From: Octopus sinensis
Taxonomy: Eukaryota
Length of the DNA stretch: 64,000 nt
Reading direction: 5' to 3'
Assembly (NCBI RefSeq): GCF_006345805.1
Contig: NC_043014.1
Location: forward strand, 45,074,001 to 45,138,000
Shown here: in pieces, positions 36,351-49,099 of the stretch
How positions within the stretch are numbered: the first letter of the stretch is position 1
How the letters are laid out: each line of letters starts with the position of its first letter
The notes under the pieces: model-generated
The model's input: the letters and a program-made list of their open reading frames with translations, nothing else
Databases searched by the model: none
What the model was told of the DNA's origin: nothing
Program-made: the position numbers and the translations under genes

Positions 36351-36927
36351 AAACATACAAAGGGTTCTCATTTGGTAATCACAGTAGTCCATAGTATGTT
36401 TTTTTTCATATTCTTACGAAATGGCAAAATGGTCGTAACATTTCAGCAAAATGTTAAGTTTCATAAAAGGTAGAACAGGAAAAAAATAGAGCCACTGGTG
36501 GAATCATTGGTGATATATGGTTTGCTGAAAGACTGTAGGCATGATGTAAGAATATGCATGGTAGACAGAAACTGAAAGAAGTCCATTGTATATATGTGTG
36601 TGTATGTGTGTGTGTGTGTCCACCCACCACTGACAACCAGTATTGATGTGTTTATGTCCCTGTAACTTAGCAGTTCACCAAACGAGTCTGATAGAATAAG
36701 TATCAGACCGTAAAAAACAATTAGTACCGGTGTCAATTTATTTGACTAAAATTTTTGAAGGTAGTGCCCCAGCATGGCCACAGTTTAATGACTGAAACAA
36801 GTAAAAGATAAGAGACATAAAAGGCTGACTCAACTGTCCGACGAACGACAACGTGAAACTCAGAGTAATAGGTTTTGTTGAATTTTCTGCTGCTTTAAAT
36901 AAAGTATATATATATATATATATATAT
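35303..36927 (+). repeat. Tandem duplication of a unit of about 794 bp
   Basis: Offset 794 (35660 vs 36454); only one non-microsatellite substitution seen (caccaaaagag vs caccaaacgag); both breakpoints in (TA)n tracts; each unit contains an old family B SINE. Confidence 0.93.
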
Positions 36928-37583
36928 CATCTTTTTCAGGAGGCAAATTATAAGAGTGCTGGGTAAAATAGTTCATGATTTTGTTCTAACTTACTCTGCT
37001 CTTAGTTCACATAAGTTGCTCATACAATGACTGAGGATTTTAGAGGCAGGTCAGGATTGATAGTGAACTCAAGGAGATATTTAGAAGGCCTCTAATATCA
37101 ACCCTTTTCTCTTCATCATAATTCCTGAAGTCAATTCAGAAATAGATGTTTCATGAAACTCTTATACGATAATGAACAGGTTCTCTTTGCAAAATTTACT
37201 GAAGAATAATGTAAAAGAGTTTGAGTATGTGAAAAATGAGTTCAAGCTAAAATATTTAAATGTCAACCCCCAAAAAGCTTTAAATAATAAGTAGCAGAGA
37301 ATATATAAAACCTGATAGAACACTGATATTGAATAACCATTACTCTATCGTTATGGATAACCTATTGCCAGAAATTTTTAAAGATTATTTTGATGTACTA
37401 AAACTGATTTGATCAATAATTTTACAACCTTATTGAAGTAATGAGCAGAAATCTGGAGTAATTCACTGAGTAAAATATGAACACCAACATATGTATCTTA
37501 AAAGAGATGCTTTACATATATTTTAAAAGAGATGTTTTACATATATCTAAAAAAGATGATAATATATATATATATATATATAT

Positions 37584-37964
37584 AAGAAATGGAGCTGAAC
37601 GCAGATTGAACAGAAATCGTTTTATTTCATTCTACACGTGTTTCGAAAGGCACAAATTACCAAAATCCGATTGAATAATGGGACCATATTGTGTCTTTCT
37701 CTTCAGGAAGAAAAAGGAAATCCGTTGGAAAAACAAAAACAGAACAGAGGCGGAGCAAAAAACTTAGGAGCACAGTTCGATTTGTTTTTTGCTCCGCCTC
37801 TGTTCTGTTTTTGTTTTTCCAACGGATTTCCTTTTTTCTTCCTGAAGAGAAAGACACAATATGGTCCCATTATTCAATCGGATTTTGGTAATTTGTGCCT
37901 TTCGAAACACGTGTAGAATGAAATAAAACGATTTCTGTTCAATCTGCGTTCAGCTCCATTTCTT
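37584..37964. repeat. Fold-back inverted repeat, 180/181-bp arms, 20-bp spacer (Penelope-like terminal sequence)
   Basis: 37584-37763 is the reverse complement of 37784-37964 except for a 1-bp homopolymer indel; the whole block lies between two (TA)n tracts. Confidence 0.96.
37832..37926 (+). ncRNA. Minimal type-I hammerhead ribozyme motif (mirror copy on the minus strand at about 37622-37715)
   Basis: CTGAAGA at 37842-48; stem II gaaagacacaa/ttgtgcctttc; GAAA at 37904-07; palindromic stem III aCACGTGt; GUA cleavage triplet ending at 37915; stem I ttcttc/gaatgaa with one bulge. Confidence 0.7.
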
Positions 37965-38131
37965 CAATTCACCAATAATGTTTTAATTTCAATTATCCGC
38001 ACCAATGCACGGTTGCAACGCCAGATGGTTGTACCTCCAACCGTGCTGTTTACTGCTGTGATTTTTGCTACTAAGGTATCGGTTAAACTTTTGATTAATC
38101 TACTACAAGATTATTCATCTTTCTATTTCAC

Positions 38132-38182
<51 letters not shown>

Positions 38183-39979
38183 TACAAGAGATCTCAGTGG
38201 ATTGTATATTTCTGTAAAATATACAACTTGTCAGCGAACAACATCAACTAGGCCTTTCAAAATGGCATTGTATAAAGAGTTGACATTTAAATACACTCAA
38301 GAACATAAAAACAAAAGACTACATAATCTCCAAAGAGAAAATTCCAAGGGAATGAGTAAACCAACCTATTGGTCCATGAGTTTTATACTATAAACAAAAA
38401 AAAATGAGAAAAGAGTGAAGGGAAAAATAAACTCTTGTTTGTCTATTGAACTATATATATATTTTTTTACAACTTTTATATAAAACATCATATCTTTTCA
38501 TATCCTGTAAAAATGGTGCCATCTTTTGTGGAAAATTGTCAACAGGCTTCACCTCCAAGAACTTATTAGAAAAAATTATTTTAAAAGGTTCTTAATTTGA
38601 AGAAATATATTGGCTATCCTTTCAGATTTGTATATTGCAGAGATTAGTTTATCAAAGATTAATCAGTTAGACTGAACTCTAACACAAAGACAATGAAGTA
38701 AAAAAATATATATAAACTAAAACATTACTTTTTTTTTGTTATTGTTATTTTCATCATTGTCAATTTTATTGTTGTGATTAAAGATTAGAGTAAAACTGAT
38801 TGATTAAGGGGGGAAAAAAACAACTTAATATCAGGACAAAACTATGTCTTAATTGGTTTTCTTTGAGTAAAAAATTTCATTAAAAAACTATTATCACTAG
38901 CAGAGAATATTTAAAACAGCAAATATAAAAAAATATTAAAATTGACAGGGGAAAAAAAAAATCATAATTGAAAAAAGTTTTGTATAAAAAGAAAAAAATT
39001 TTGTATTTCAATGCTAGAAGTATTTAGGGAATAAAGGTAACTCAAGAAGAAACTGCTGTTTCTATTAATCTAAACAAATATAAAAAAATAAAAAAATGTG
39101 TCAAAGTATCTTCAGAAAATAAAAACTATTCCAGCAGTTTTGAAATTTGCTGACAAAAGAATGTTTTGTAAGTGCAAGACAGAATCTGTCAAGTACACTC
39201 CTTTCTATTGCAATTTTCATACATCAACACTTCAGGTTTCCATGTATCTTTAGTTGTAACAATGGAGTAATCTCACCAAAGGAGATTAATGCAAGACACT
39301 GCTTATATTTCCAATGAAACAATTTCAAAGAGCTCAGTAAGAATTGTTCCTTGATATACTATTGCAAGCGATTAGTCTACATTTCAGAGTTGGGCCCTAC
39401 CTAGCATGAAATAAGATTAAAAGAAGTTTTGCATTTGTCTGGCCATAGGTCATAGTTTAATTGACTTAAAAGAAAAGAATAAAATAATAATTATGAAAAC
39501 AAAACGACAGAAATAAAACTCCAAAATGGTAGGAGAAGAAGCATAAAACAAAGGAATAAATAGGACTATTATCTTTTTAAACAACAGGAGTTAATTATAA
39601 TTTCATTTAAATTTATTGAATCACTTGCTTTTTTTTTTTTTTCTAAAGCTGACAAAGTACTCAAGTAATGTTACTTTTCTGTAATAAATAATAAAACATG
39701 ACATTTTATTAGAGTTGTAATTACCATTCTTGTGAGTACTTAAAAAAAAAATTCATTGAAATTTTGACAACATAGTACATGCCATTTATATGAACAATAG
39801 AACCAACAAATCATAAAGGTTGGCCAGGTAAACTTTGGTATCATAGTTAAAGTATCATAAATTCACGTTGTTGTATCATAGTCATTGAATTGTTCTTTGG
39901 GCAAAGAACTGAACAGCTCTTCCTAAAAGTTACCAGGCAACGTCAAGTAAGGAAAAAAACAAGAAGTCCTAAAGTCACT

Positions 39980-40230
39980 GAAGGAGATGAGGAGGGGGGG
40001 CAAGAGGATGAAGAGGAAGAGGATGAAGAGGAAGAGGGTGAAGAGGAAGAGGAGGAGGAGGAAGAGGAAGAGGGTGAAGAGGAAGTGGAAGAGGATGAAA
40101 AGGAAGTGGAGGGTGAAGAGGAAGAGGAAGAGGAAGAGGAAGAAGTGGTGGAGGAAGAAGAGTGGGGGGATTAGGAGGAGGAAGAAGAGGGGAGGGGATG
40201 AGGAGGAGGAGTGGGATGATGATGATGATT
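39980..40230. repeat. (GAG/GAA/GAT)n purine-rich microsatellite
   Basis: Directly visible; produces the poly-E/K/R ORFs. Confidence 0.9.
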
Positions 40231-40765
40231 TAGGCACAGTGTCTGAAATTTGAAGGAGGGGATTAGTCAATACCAGTGATCCTGGTACTGGACTGGTACT
40301 TTATTTTATCAAACCAAGATGAAAGAAAAGCAAAATTGATCTCAGCAGGATTTGAACTCAAAATGTAAAACCGCAAGAACAGACACTGTAAGTCATTATA
40401 TCTGATGCTCTAATGATTCTGCCAATCCATCAAATAGTAATAATCAATAGATACTTTACTGCACTGAAAGATATCCATTTACGAGAAAATGAAAAACAAA
40501 TGATCAAAATATTGAAAGATACCTATGTAGGTAATAGATTAACTTAGTGAAGTTATATTGATTTTTTGTCTCATATAAATAACATTCTGAAATGTTTGCA
40601 CTGGTGCTTGATTAGTCAACATGTATAAATACGCTAAAAGAGAATGAATCAAATCAATATCATACAAATTTAGTCCCCATGAAAAAAAAAAAAAGAAAAA
40701 CTGTCAAACAATACAAATGAAAACCCTCTCATATGATCCAAGGTTAAGACAGATGAGCAATTTGA

Positions 40766-41165
40766 AGGCGGCGAGCTGGCAGAGACGTTAGCGCACCGGG
40801 CGAAATGCTTAGCAGTATTTCGTCTGCCACTACATTCTAAGTTCAAATTCCACCGAGGTAGACTTTGCCTTTCATCCTTTCGGGGTTGATTAAATAATTA
40901 CCAGTTAGGCACTGGGGTCGATGTAATCGACTTAATCCGTTTGTCTGTCTTTGTTCATCCCCTCTGTGTTTAGCCCCTTGTGGGTAATAAAGAAATAGGT
41001 ATTTTGTCTGCCGCTACGTTCTGAGTTCAAATTCCGCCAAGGTAGACTTTGCCTTTCATCCTTTCGGGGTTGATTAAATAAGTACCAGTTACGCACTGGG
41101 GTTGATATAATCAACTTAATCCATTTGTCTGTCCTTGTTTAGCCCCTTGTGGGTAGTAAAGAAAT
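40766..41165 (+). mobile_element. SINE family A head-to-tail dimer (one full copy plus one 5'-truncated copy) under one TSD
   Basis: TSD agatgag(c/t)aatttga at 40751-40765 and 41166-41180; the second unit starts near 41000 at gtattttgtctgcc. Confidence 0.88.
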
Positions 41166-41849
41166 AGATGAGTAATTTGAATTCTATGCCTAAAAATTAT
41201 GAAAAGTGGTGCATGCAAAACACCGAAATAAATAAGTTGGTATCTTCAGTCTGCATCTTCTAGTACTAAAACAATAGCATTTTCTCTACTCCTTTGTACA
41301 AGCTAAACACACAGCTCCTTCACCATCCATAACACTTGTCTCCTCTCTTTCCATCAAAAGTAAAATAAAAATAACTCTGCTACCCACAGCCCATATACTA
41401 CCCAAAACACTTTCAATTTGAAAGCACATACAACGCATACTACATAATCACCACATTATATTGTAAGTGCAACCCATACAACATATACACTATGCAACAA
41501 ACAGGCAAAACACTATAATAATACCTGAAACAACAAACCCGCAAAACATCCAATACCAACAAAAGACAAAACTGCACACGTCTTGAACATGGAGTTTCAC
41601 CTTGTGGTGCAATAGAATCTTGTATAAAACTGCGATTTATAGCTTAGGCACAAGCCCATTCGTTTTGGGGAGAAAACAGCTGAGTATATCAACCCTGATA
41701 TTTGACTTGTAGTATTTTATTGAGCCTAAAAAGACGAAGGACTAAGTTGACTACAGTTTTGCAAGAACTACAAGACAAGCAAGTGGCAACAAGTCAGGTC
41801 CATTATATAGTCTCAATTCTCCTAAGAAATCACTTTACTTTCTTTATAA

Positions 41850-42011
41850 CAGTGGTTTTCAACCAGGGTTCCGCCAGTACAGTCCAGGGGTTCCGCAAGA
41901 AGTTACAAAACTGCTAAAATCGGCAGTAATTTTTAATTCTCCTGTGCAGATATGTGTGCATAAGACTATTAAATTATTGCACAGAGGTTCCTCTGTGCTT
42001 GAAAAGCACTG
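41850..42011. mobile_element. hAT (Charlie-like) MITE
   Basis: TIRs cagtggttttcaa / ttgaaaagcactg; 8-bp TSD ctttataa / ctttatat. Confidence 0.85.
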
Positions 42012-42902
42012 CTTTATATTGTTAATTATCTAGGGAAAATCATGAACATCATAGCCCTTTTTCCCTATCAAGAGTTACAAGACCTTGTGTCTAGTCAAAA
42101 GAAATTTATATTAAGATTTTAATGAAAAGTAATCCTCAATTAGGGATAAAGAAAATTGTTTTAAAAGCCAAACCTCAGAGGAAGTAATAAAATAGAAATA
42201 GAAGTGCCTGGAAGAAGTAACTCTTTTAACATAATATCACAGCAATTACAAATAGCTAGGCGAAACTTGTGTTATAAAGAAGAGTACCAGACGAGTCAAA
42301 CGTTAATTTCCTGAGAACAGCATTAAATATTCATGTGATGGTAGCAATGAAATTGCTTTACCCTTTCCAATGACGGGACTAAGTGTAAATGTAATTGAAA
42401 GGGGTCAATTGAAAGGATGAATAGGCACACAAATATCTTTAAAAGTACAAGCCTTAGAAAAGGTTTGTATTGTCCTTGTTTAATTAAATATGGCAGAAAA
42501 TAAGTAGACTGGCACAACCTTGATTGATATTTCTAATTGTTTTGAACAAAAATCCCATAATTATATGAACATAAATTAACATTCATCTGCATATTTTAAG
42601 ATAAGAATGAATAAACATATATTACCAATAAGAATTCTTTTGATTAGGCACATGGTCAATTGAAGATGGGTAAATCAACCTCAGTATATTAACAGTCAAC
42701 TCTATATTCTAATGTGAAATCAATGATTTCTTTTTTACTGGGCACAAGTCAAATTTTGTAAGAGGGAATAGTATATTACTTGAACTTTCTTTACCAACAC
42801 AAAGAATTCAACTAAGTACTGTAAAAAATTTGGAATTCCTTCAGTTCAATATGAACCATAAAGTATTTTGTCTGACACTCAACTGTCTTGACTGTCTAAA
42901 TG

Positions 42903-43290
42903 GATGGAAGCACTCCGTCTGTTACGACGACGAGGGTTCCAATTGATCCGAATCAACGGAACAGCCTGCTCATGAAATTAACGTGTAAGTGGCTGAGCAC
43001 TCCACAGACACGTGTACCCTTAACGTAGTTCTCGGGGATATTCAGCGTGACACAGAGAGTGACAAGGCCGGCCCTTTGAAATACAGGTACAACAGAAACA
43101 GGAAGTAAGAGTGAGAGAAAGTTGTGGTGAAAGAGAAACAGCAGGGATCACCACCATCCACTGCTGGAGCCTTGTGGAGCTTTAGGTGTTTTCGCTCAAT
43201 AAACACTCACAACGCCCGGTCTGGGAATCGAAACCGCGATCCTATGACCGCGAGTCCGCTGCCCTAACCACTGGGCCATTGCGCCTCCAC
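42903..43290 (-). mobile_element. SINE family C (tRNA-derived, OK/Ceph-SINE-like), young full-length copy
   Basis: Head ggcgcaatggcccagtggttagggc...ggtttcgattccc; CpG-rich; TSD (ac)tgtctaaatg at 42891-42902 and 43289-43300. Confidence 0.9.
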
Positions 43291-45120
43291 TGTCTAAATG
43301 AAAGCACTGTAGAATGATGGAAAGATATTACTTAGTCAAAGATATGGCCAGATGCTGATGTGAATTGAACCAATTTTATCTAAATTACATTAAACAATAA
43401 AAGCATGAATATCTCATTTTTCTCATTTTAGTTTTTCTTAAAAATGTTAGGTCTCATGTCTACAAATTTGACTTAGATCAATAATTTTGAACTGGGATAG
43501 ACAGTATCATATTGACAGGCTTTCATCTTCCTTAATGTATCACCTGATCCAAATATTATAGTAATGAAACAGATATCTTAAAAGTACAAATCCCAGACTC
43601 TGTGAACTAAGAAATTATTCTGTTATTCTTATTTTATAAGATACATAGTTTCCGACTTGAATGTAGTTCCCAGGCAGTTATATAAGATTTAGTATATAAT
43701 TAAGGGATTCAAAATATGCCAAGTGGGGAATGAACATTTCTTAAATGAATTTGGGTAATTTAACTAATTCTTCTATTTTCTAAAGAGAAGAATGGAATAT
43801 GAACCAAAAATTGCCTACTTCCAATTACTATCTACCAAGTGAAAATAGGTATTAGGAAAACATTGATTAAAAAAAAATTAAATATTTGAAGCATGCATAA
43901 ATATTTAGGCAAAACTGGAGGCATAATCTTCATAGCTTAAATTATAAATTCCTTGTGGATTACAAATGTCTAACCATCAGAAAAATAAACAAAAATATTT
44001 TAATGAGATTTCTTTTGTAGTGACTATCTTTAGAGTGAAATTCAACAATAACGTGGTATTATAAGTGAAGTCATTGATCCAGTGCTGTTTTAGCATAAGC
44101 TTCAACTTACACATCACATTGTTATATCATAAAAGTCAGCTAGCAGAGTTAAAGAGTGCAAGAAGTTGCTTCAGCAGATTGTTTCTGTCTGTCTTAAAAA
44201 TAGTTCTTTTGCATTGTCAGTGCATTTTAGAATAGATGAAAAAAATCAAACAAATATTTCAAAGAATCTAAAAAATATCTTTCTTGAGTGACTTCTTGAT
44301 TTATAAGGATGTATTCAGAGTTGATTAAGCAAAAGCAAGTTCAGAAAAAAATTTTTTTTTTAATTTTGGAATTTGAAAGTAATTTTATTTGCAATGTATT
44401 TATATATTCATTTAATTCATAAAACATATTCATCATAAAAACTGAATAAATTTTCTCATTAAACTGAACTACATTTACTATAATTTGGATAATTTATTAA
44501 ATTATTGTAGATGTAGTACAAACTCATTGATATTGTGAGATCATTTTTAGCATAATAGAAGCTGCACAGTATCACCTATACACTAAGATCAATCACTGAA
44601 ACTCAGACTATCACCAAGATGTCATGAAGTCAATCTATAACCACAGTCTTCATCAGCTTACATTGCATTAACAACAAGTTCAACTACATTCAAGTTACAG
44701 AACATGAACAGCTCACTGAAACACTTTTACAACACCACACTAAAATCGCAATCATTTTCAATTTATTCAAACACAAAATATCTCTCAATTTTAGACAATT
44801 GTTGACTCCCTAAATAAATTCAAAAGTATTGAAGCTCTGTGCCCACTTTCTGTCATCACCACCAAAACCTCCAAACATAAAACAAAAGACTCAAATTCAA
44901 GTACATCTGCCACACTTGCTAGCTGACATTATATTATGGACTGTGTTGTGAAAAGTAAGTTAGGAAGAGGTTAATTGGCCATAATTTTTGCAAATCCACC
45001 CAGACAGGGAGACCAAAGCAGTTGATGGTCAGTTTCTATATATCCATATGTTAATACTACGGAGATGTACTTGCATAGCGAGTGACTTGATCTGAGATCG
45101 TATGCTGGAATGAAAACAAT

Positions 45121-45311
45121 TGCAGCATGGAAGGTGTTTATAAGCCATTTAAGAAACACACAAAATACGATGCAGCACGAAGTTTTGTCAGTGAACAGGT
45201 CGTGGTCTCAAAGCTGCGAAAATATTTTGACAAATTAAATTTAAATGTTGAAGTGAATCTAATGGTTTTTGTGTGTTTCTTAAATGGCTTATAAACACCT
45301 TCCACACTGCA
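45121..45311. repeat. 45-bp inverted repeats around a 101-bp spacer (MITE-like)
   Basis: 45121-45165 vs 45267-45311 differ only at ca/tg, consistent with CpG decay. Confidence 0.85.
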
Positions 45312-46062
45312 TATATTAATATCTGTATGAAAACTGGATGCAGAGAAATTCTAGAGAATTGCAATATTGGAGTATAAGGCTTGAGCAAAGTGTTTGGTGT
45401 AGCATTATGAGAAGTGAAGAGGTGTTGTACATTGAGCTAGTTCATAGGAATAGAATAGAGGTTATTATATTAGTGTCAGGATATACCAATAAAAGAAACA
45501 GTTCATTCGTCACTCAGTGGCTGTTGTGTATTATTGGGTCACAGTCAGCCAAATGGCTTCTTAGTGTAGAAATATAAGCTCCTAGTTCAAATGCATCTTC
45601 TTATTTCTTGATTAATTTATTAGTTGGCTTGTGATTCAACTAACTACTGAAAGAGAAATTAAAGCACCAAACTTTTCTATTTAATCTTAACCTAGAGTTC
45701 AAAGACGTTATTTTAAAAAAAACTTAAAATATTCGAATCTCAATATGCCAAGTCATGCATACATATATTGAGGAGATGAGCCTTTACTTCCTTCTAGCAT
45801 ACAAATGGTAAGCTGATTGACTAGCTCAATCATTTTATAAGAGTTAGTGATAAGTTTGTGGTTGAATGCACAAAACTTAAAGTATAGCAGATGACAAAAT
45901 TCTTAATAACAAAACGAAACACAAAATTAAGAATATGATAAGCTACTTGAGATAAGAGCAATGAAAAATTTTATTGAACAGTTGATATTAGCTCTGAGAA
46001 TGATAAGCCTAATTAAACTCCAAGTGGTTAATATTTGATTAGCTAAGGAAAAAATGCTTTAC

Positions 46063-46298
46063 ATAGTTCCATATGATCTTTCTTGTGTGAATCTGAGTTA
46101 GTACAACAGATGAACTGAATCTTATTTGCTGATCCATTCGATCTTTTGAGCAGCAGATATGAAACTCTTGATATAGCACCAGATTTCTCTTTCTTTGAGG
46201 TTCTTTTACATTAAAACTCATATTAAAAATGTTTAACAATACATTTTTATCAGAGTTAATAACATGAGCAATAAAAAAGTGAAACAATATTTTTAAAA
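46063..46298 (-). other. Candidate 236-nt exon (unknown gene)
   Basis: tttctttcag acceptor, 78 open codons (LKILFHFF...KIIWNY), donor TAT|gtaaag. Confidence 0.25.
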
Positions 46299-47004
46299 CT
46301 GAAAGAAATTGAATTTTGCATTTTTAAAGAAAGATTTGATAGCAATACAGTTGCAAACATCACTATGATGGTAAGAAGAAAAAAAATACCCCCTCCATCC
46401 TGTCTCCTTAACTTAAATATTAGGAATATTTTCTGTTGACAGTAGTAAAAAGATAGTAAGGAAAACAAGCTTTCAAACAGCAATCAAATTCAATATCTGA
46501 ATGTATATACTGTTAAGAGGAATCACATGTAAAGGGAAGAAAATGATTAATTTAATTCTGAGGAAAGAACTCAACTTTCAGCAAGATCTTGCCAAAAAAA
46601 AAACCAGAAAATGTAATGTAACACACAATGAAAGTAATATATAAAAAGGTGGGTTTGATTATTCCCAGTGTTTTCAACAATAAAAGTATATAGATAGCAC
46701 AATCCTATATACACGAATATACCATTATCAGCCAAGTAAAAAAAAAAAAGCTAGAAGTAGCAAAGAAGTAATATAGGATAAGACTACATACAACAGTTTG
46801 GAGCTTTTATTTTAATTTCTCTTTGTCAAGTGAATCACATGTGAACAAATAAATGAATCAATAAACAATTAAGAAGATACATTTACTATTCAATGTGAAT
46901 GATTCGAAGAAACAATTGTTGAAGGGAAAATACATTAAAACTAATACAATTTAATGAATTATTTAATTGTTCTGATCAAGTTAAGGCTACTATGAATACA
47001 CACT

Positions 47005-47043
47005 CACACACACATACAAAACACACACACACACACACCATAT

Positions 47044-47077
<34 letters not shown>

Positions 47078-47143
47078 CATTATATATATAAATATATATA
47101 CATATTTTATATATATATATAATATATATATAATATATAGATA

Positions 47144-47192
<49 letters not shown>
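47005..47192. repeat. (CA)n/(TA)n compound microsatellite
   Basis: Directly visible. Confidence 0.95.
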
Positions 47193-47195
<3 letters not shown>

Positions 47196-49099
47196 ATTCA
47201 ATCTGTTAGAAACTGCAGTCAAATCACACTCTATCTCATACAAAAAATGGATTGAACAATGGAATCCCTGATATACAAAAAAAACAGGATGGTTATGACT
47301 GGAACACTTCTTGATTATAGGTTTTGACCTGAGGCTCAACAACAGCATTTTTCTTATCATCATCATTTTTACATTTATTTTATCAGGCTGTCATCGGCTG
47401 AGCAAATCTGCAACATAGCCTAACATTATTTCTCTCAATTTTGTGTAATATGACAGCTGACATTCAGTTTTTTTTTTTTTAACTCAATTAGTCAGAGAAG
47501 CAGGAAGATATGTGGTGCCCATGATATTTCAAGTTCTCTCAGAAGCCAAAGCAGTTGCTGTTTAGCTTCTCAAACTTTTATAAGTTACTGTCTTCAGAGA
47601 AAATAAGGGAACTTTTATGCAGGCTGCTTGACCTATTAGATATAATAGGTAATCTCTTGTGAATCAAATCTTGGCTAAAAGAAAGGAACTGACACAGGAT
47701 AGTAGCAATGGTTAGAAATACCTTTTATTTAGACAAGGTTAACCTGGGGCTAAATTTCAGCATCAACTTGCATATCAACAGAATTTCAAAGAAATGCAGG
47801 TTTGGAGAAGAGAGATTGTACAAAGTGTAAAGTGTGATTCAAAAGAGATATTACTGTGGTTTCTTGCCGGTCAAGCAACTATGTGCATTGTTTAGTGTGT
47901 GCAACAGATTAACAGTAACAAGAGAAGGAATGGTAACTACATCTTAATAACATACCTACAATTGCTTAGTCTTCAGTGATTGACTCTCTACAAAGCTAAA
48001 GTGCAACCCACATTAGAGTTTTCGCCCACATATAGAGGATCATCTTATCGCAGCATGCAAAAATATTTCAGACTGCATTCAAAAAAAGCAATCTAGTTGA
48101 TTAGGAAATATTTACTAACCAAGATACTACAACTACTGATCCATAAATGCAGTATGCTCTATCTCTACTATTACTACAACAAAAACAAATAGCTTCTGTT
48201 TATCTGAACTAACAAACTGCATAATACTTCAAGTCCACCTAAAGTACTTCAAGTCTGAGATTTATAATTTGAGAGATTTGCTTTTTTGTGATCCTTATGC
48301 ATTTGAGATGAAGCACAAAACAGTTTCCTTGATGTATCTAGCAATTGTGTTTTGGCAGTGTTGCAAAGGACTGAGTTTTCGTGTAAATATCCAGGATGAA
48401 TGAGATTTCTGTTTGTGGAAGCTGTGCAAGTTTGTTATGAGACTGTTAGCTGTTAGGCTACATGTGGATGGGTGTTTGTGTGCAAAATGTTGAGGAAGAG
48501 ACTGTACAATCTATGTGGATAGGTGCATATGGCTAAAAGTAACAGCAAGCAGGTCTACAGAAAGAAGTGAGTAACTTCCTGCAGGTGTTTCAGGTGATTC
48601 TTTTTCTTTTTTTTTTTTGTCTCTACAGCTGCAGATTAATTGAAGGTGAGCAATCTGATTATTAGGAGGGGATGTAAGCTTTGGGCTGTGTGGGGGATGT
48701 GGTAGGGTATATTGAGAAGGATGATTGATTACTTGCTTAGATGGGTCAGGGGTGAATCATATTGGCTTCAAGGGTGGTCAGCATTAAATTGGAGGTGATC
48801 CAGCCAGTTAGCTTAACTCTGGAAATTCTAACTACTACATATATTCGTAGCTGTCGCCAAGTTCCAACCTACTTGTATCCACAGTTCATGGTGTGTTGTT
48901 TGGAGTTGAAAAACAGGAACTAAGTACTCTTCTGTGCAAGAAACAAAGTTCAGTCTAATTTTAGAAAGAACTTCCTGCCAAAAGATTTCCTGCTTACATC
49001 ACGTGCATTAAATCATTGCAATTTACTGAGTGAATTGCATCAGATTTTTCTTCTTCTATTCTTCTACATACAACAGCGAAACCTTAAACAGGGAATCAG

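Noticed and set aside
39890-40270. Poly-Glu / Lys-Arg ORFs (39890-40174, 39987-40253, 39923-40270)
   Set aside because: They are translations of a GAG/GAA/GAT microsatellite; no splice context or flanking coding signal supports an acidic protein.
48300-48830. Decayed L2/CR1 LINE on the minus strand
   Set aside because: Only a faint LQHCQNTIARYI resemblance; too degraded to list as a feature.
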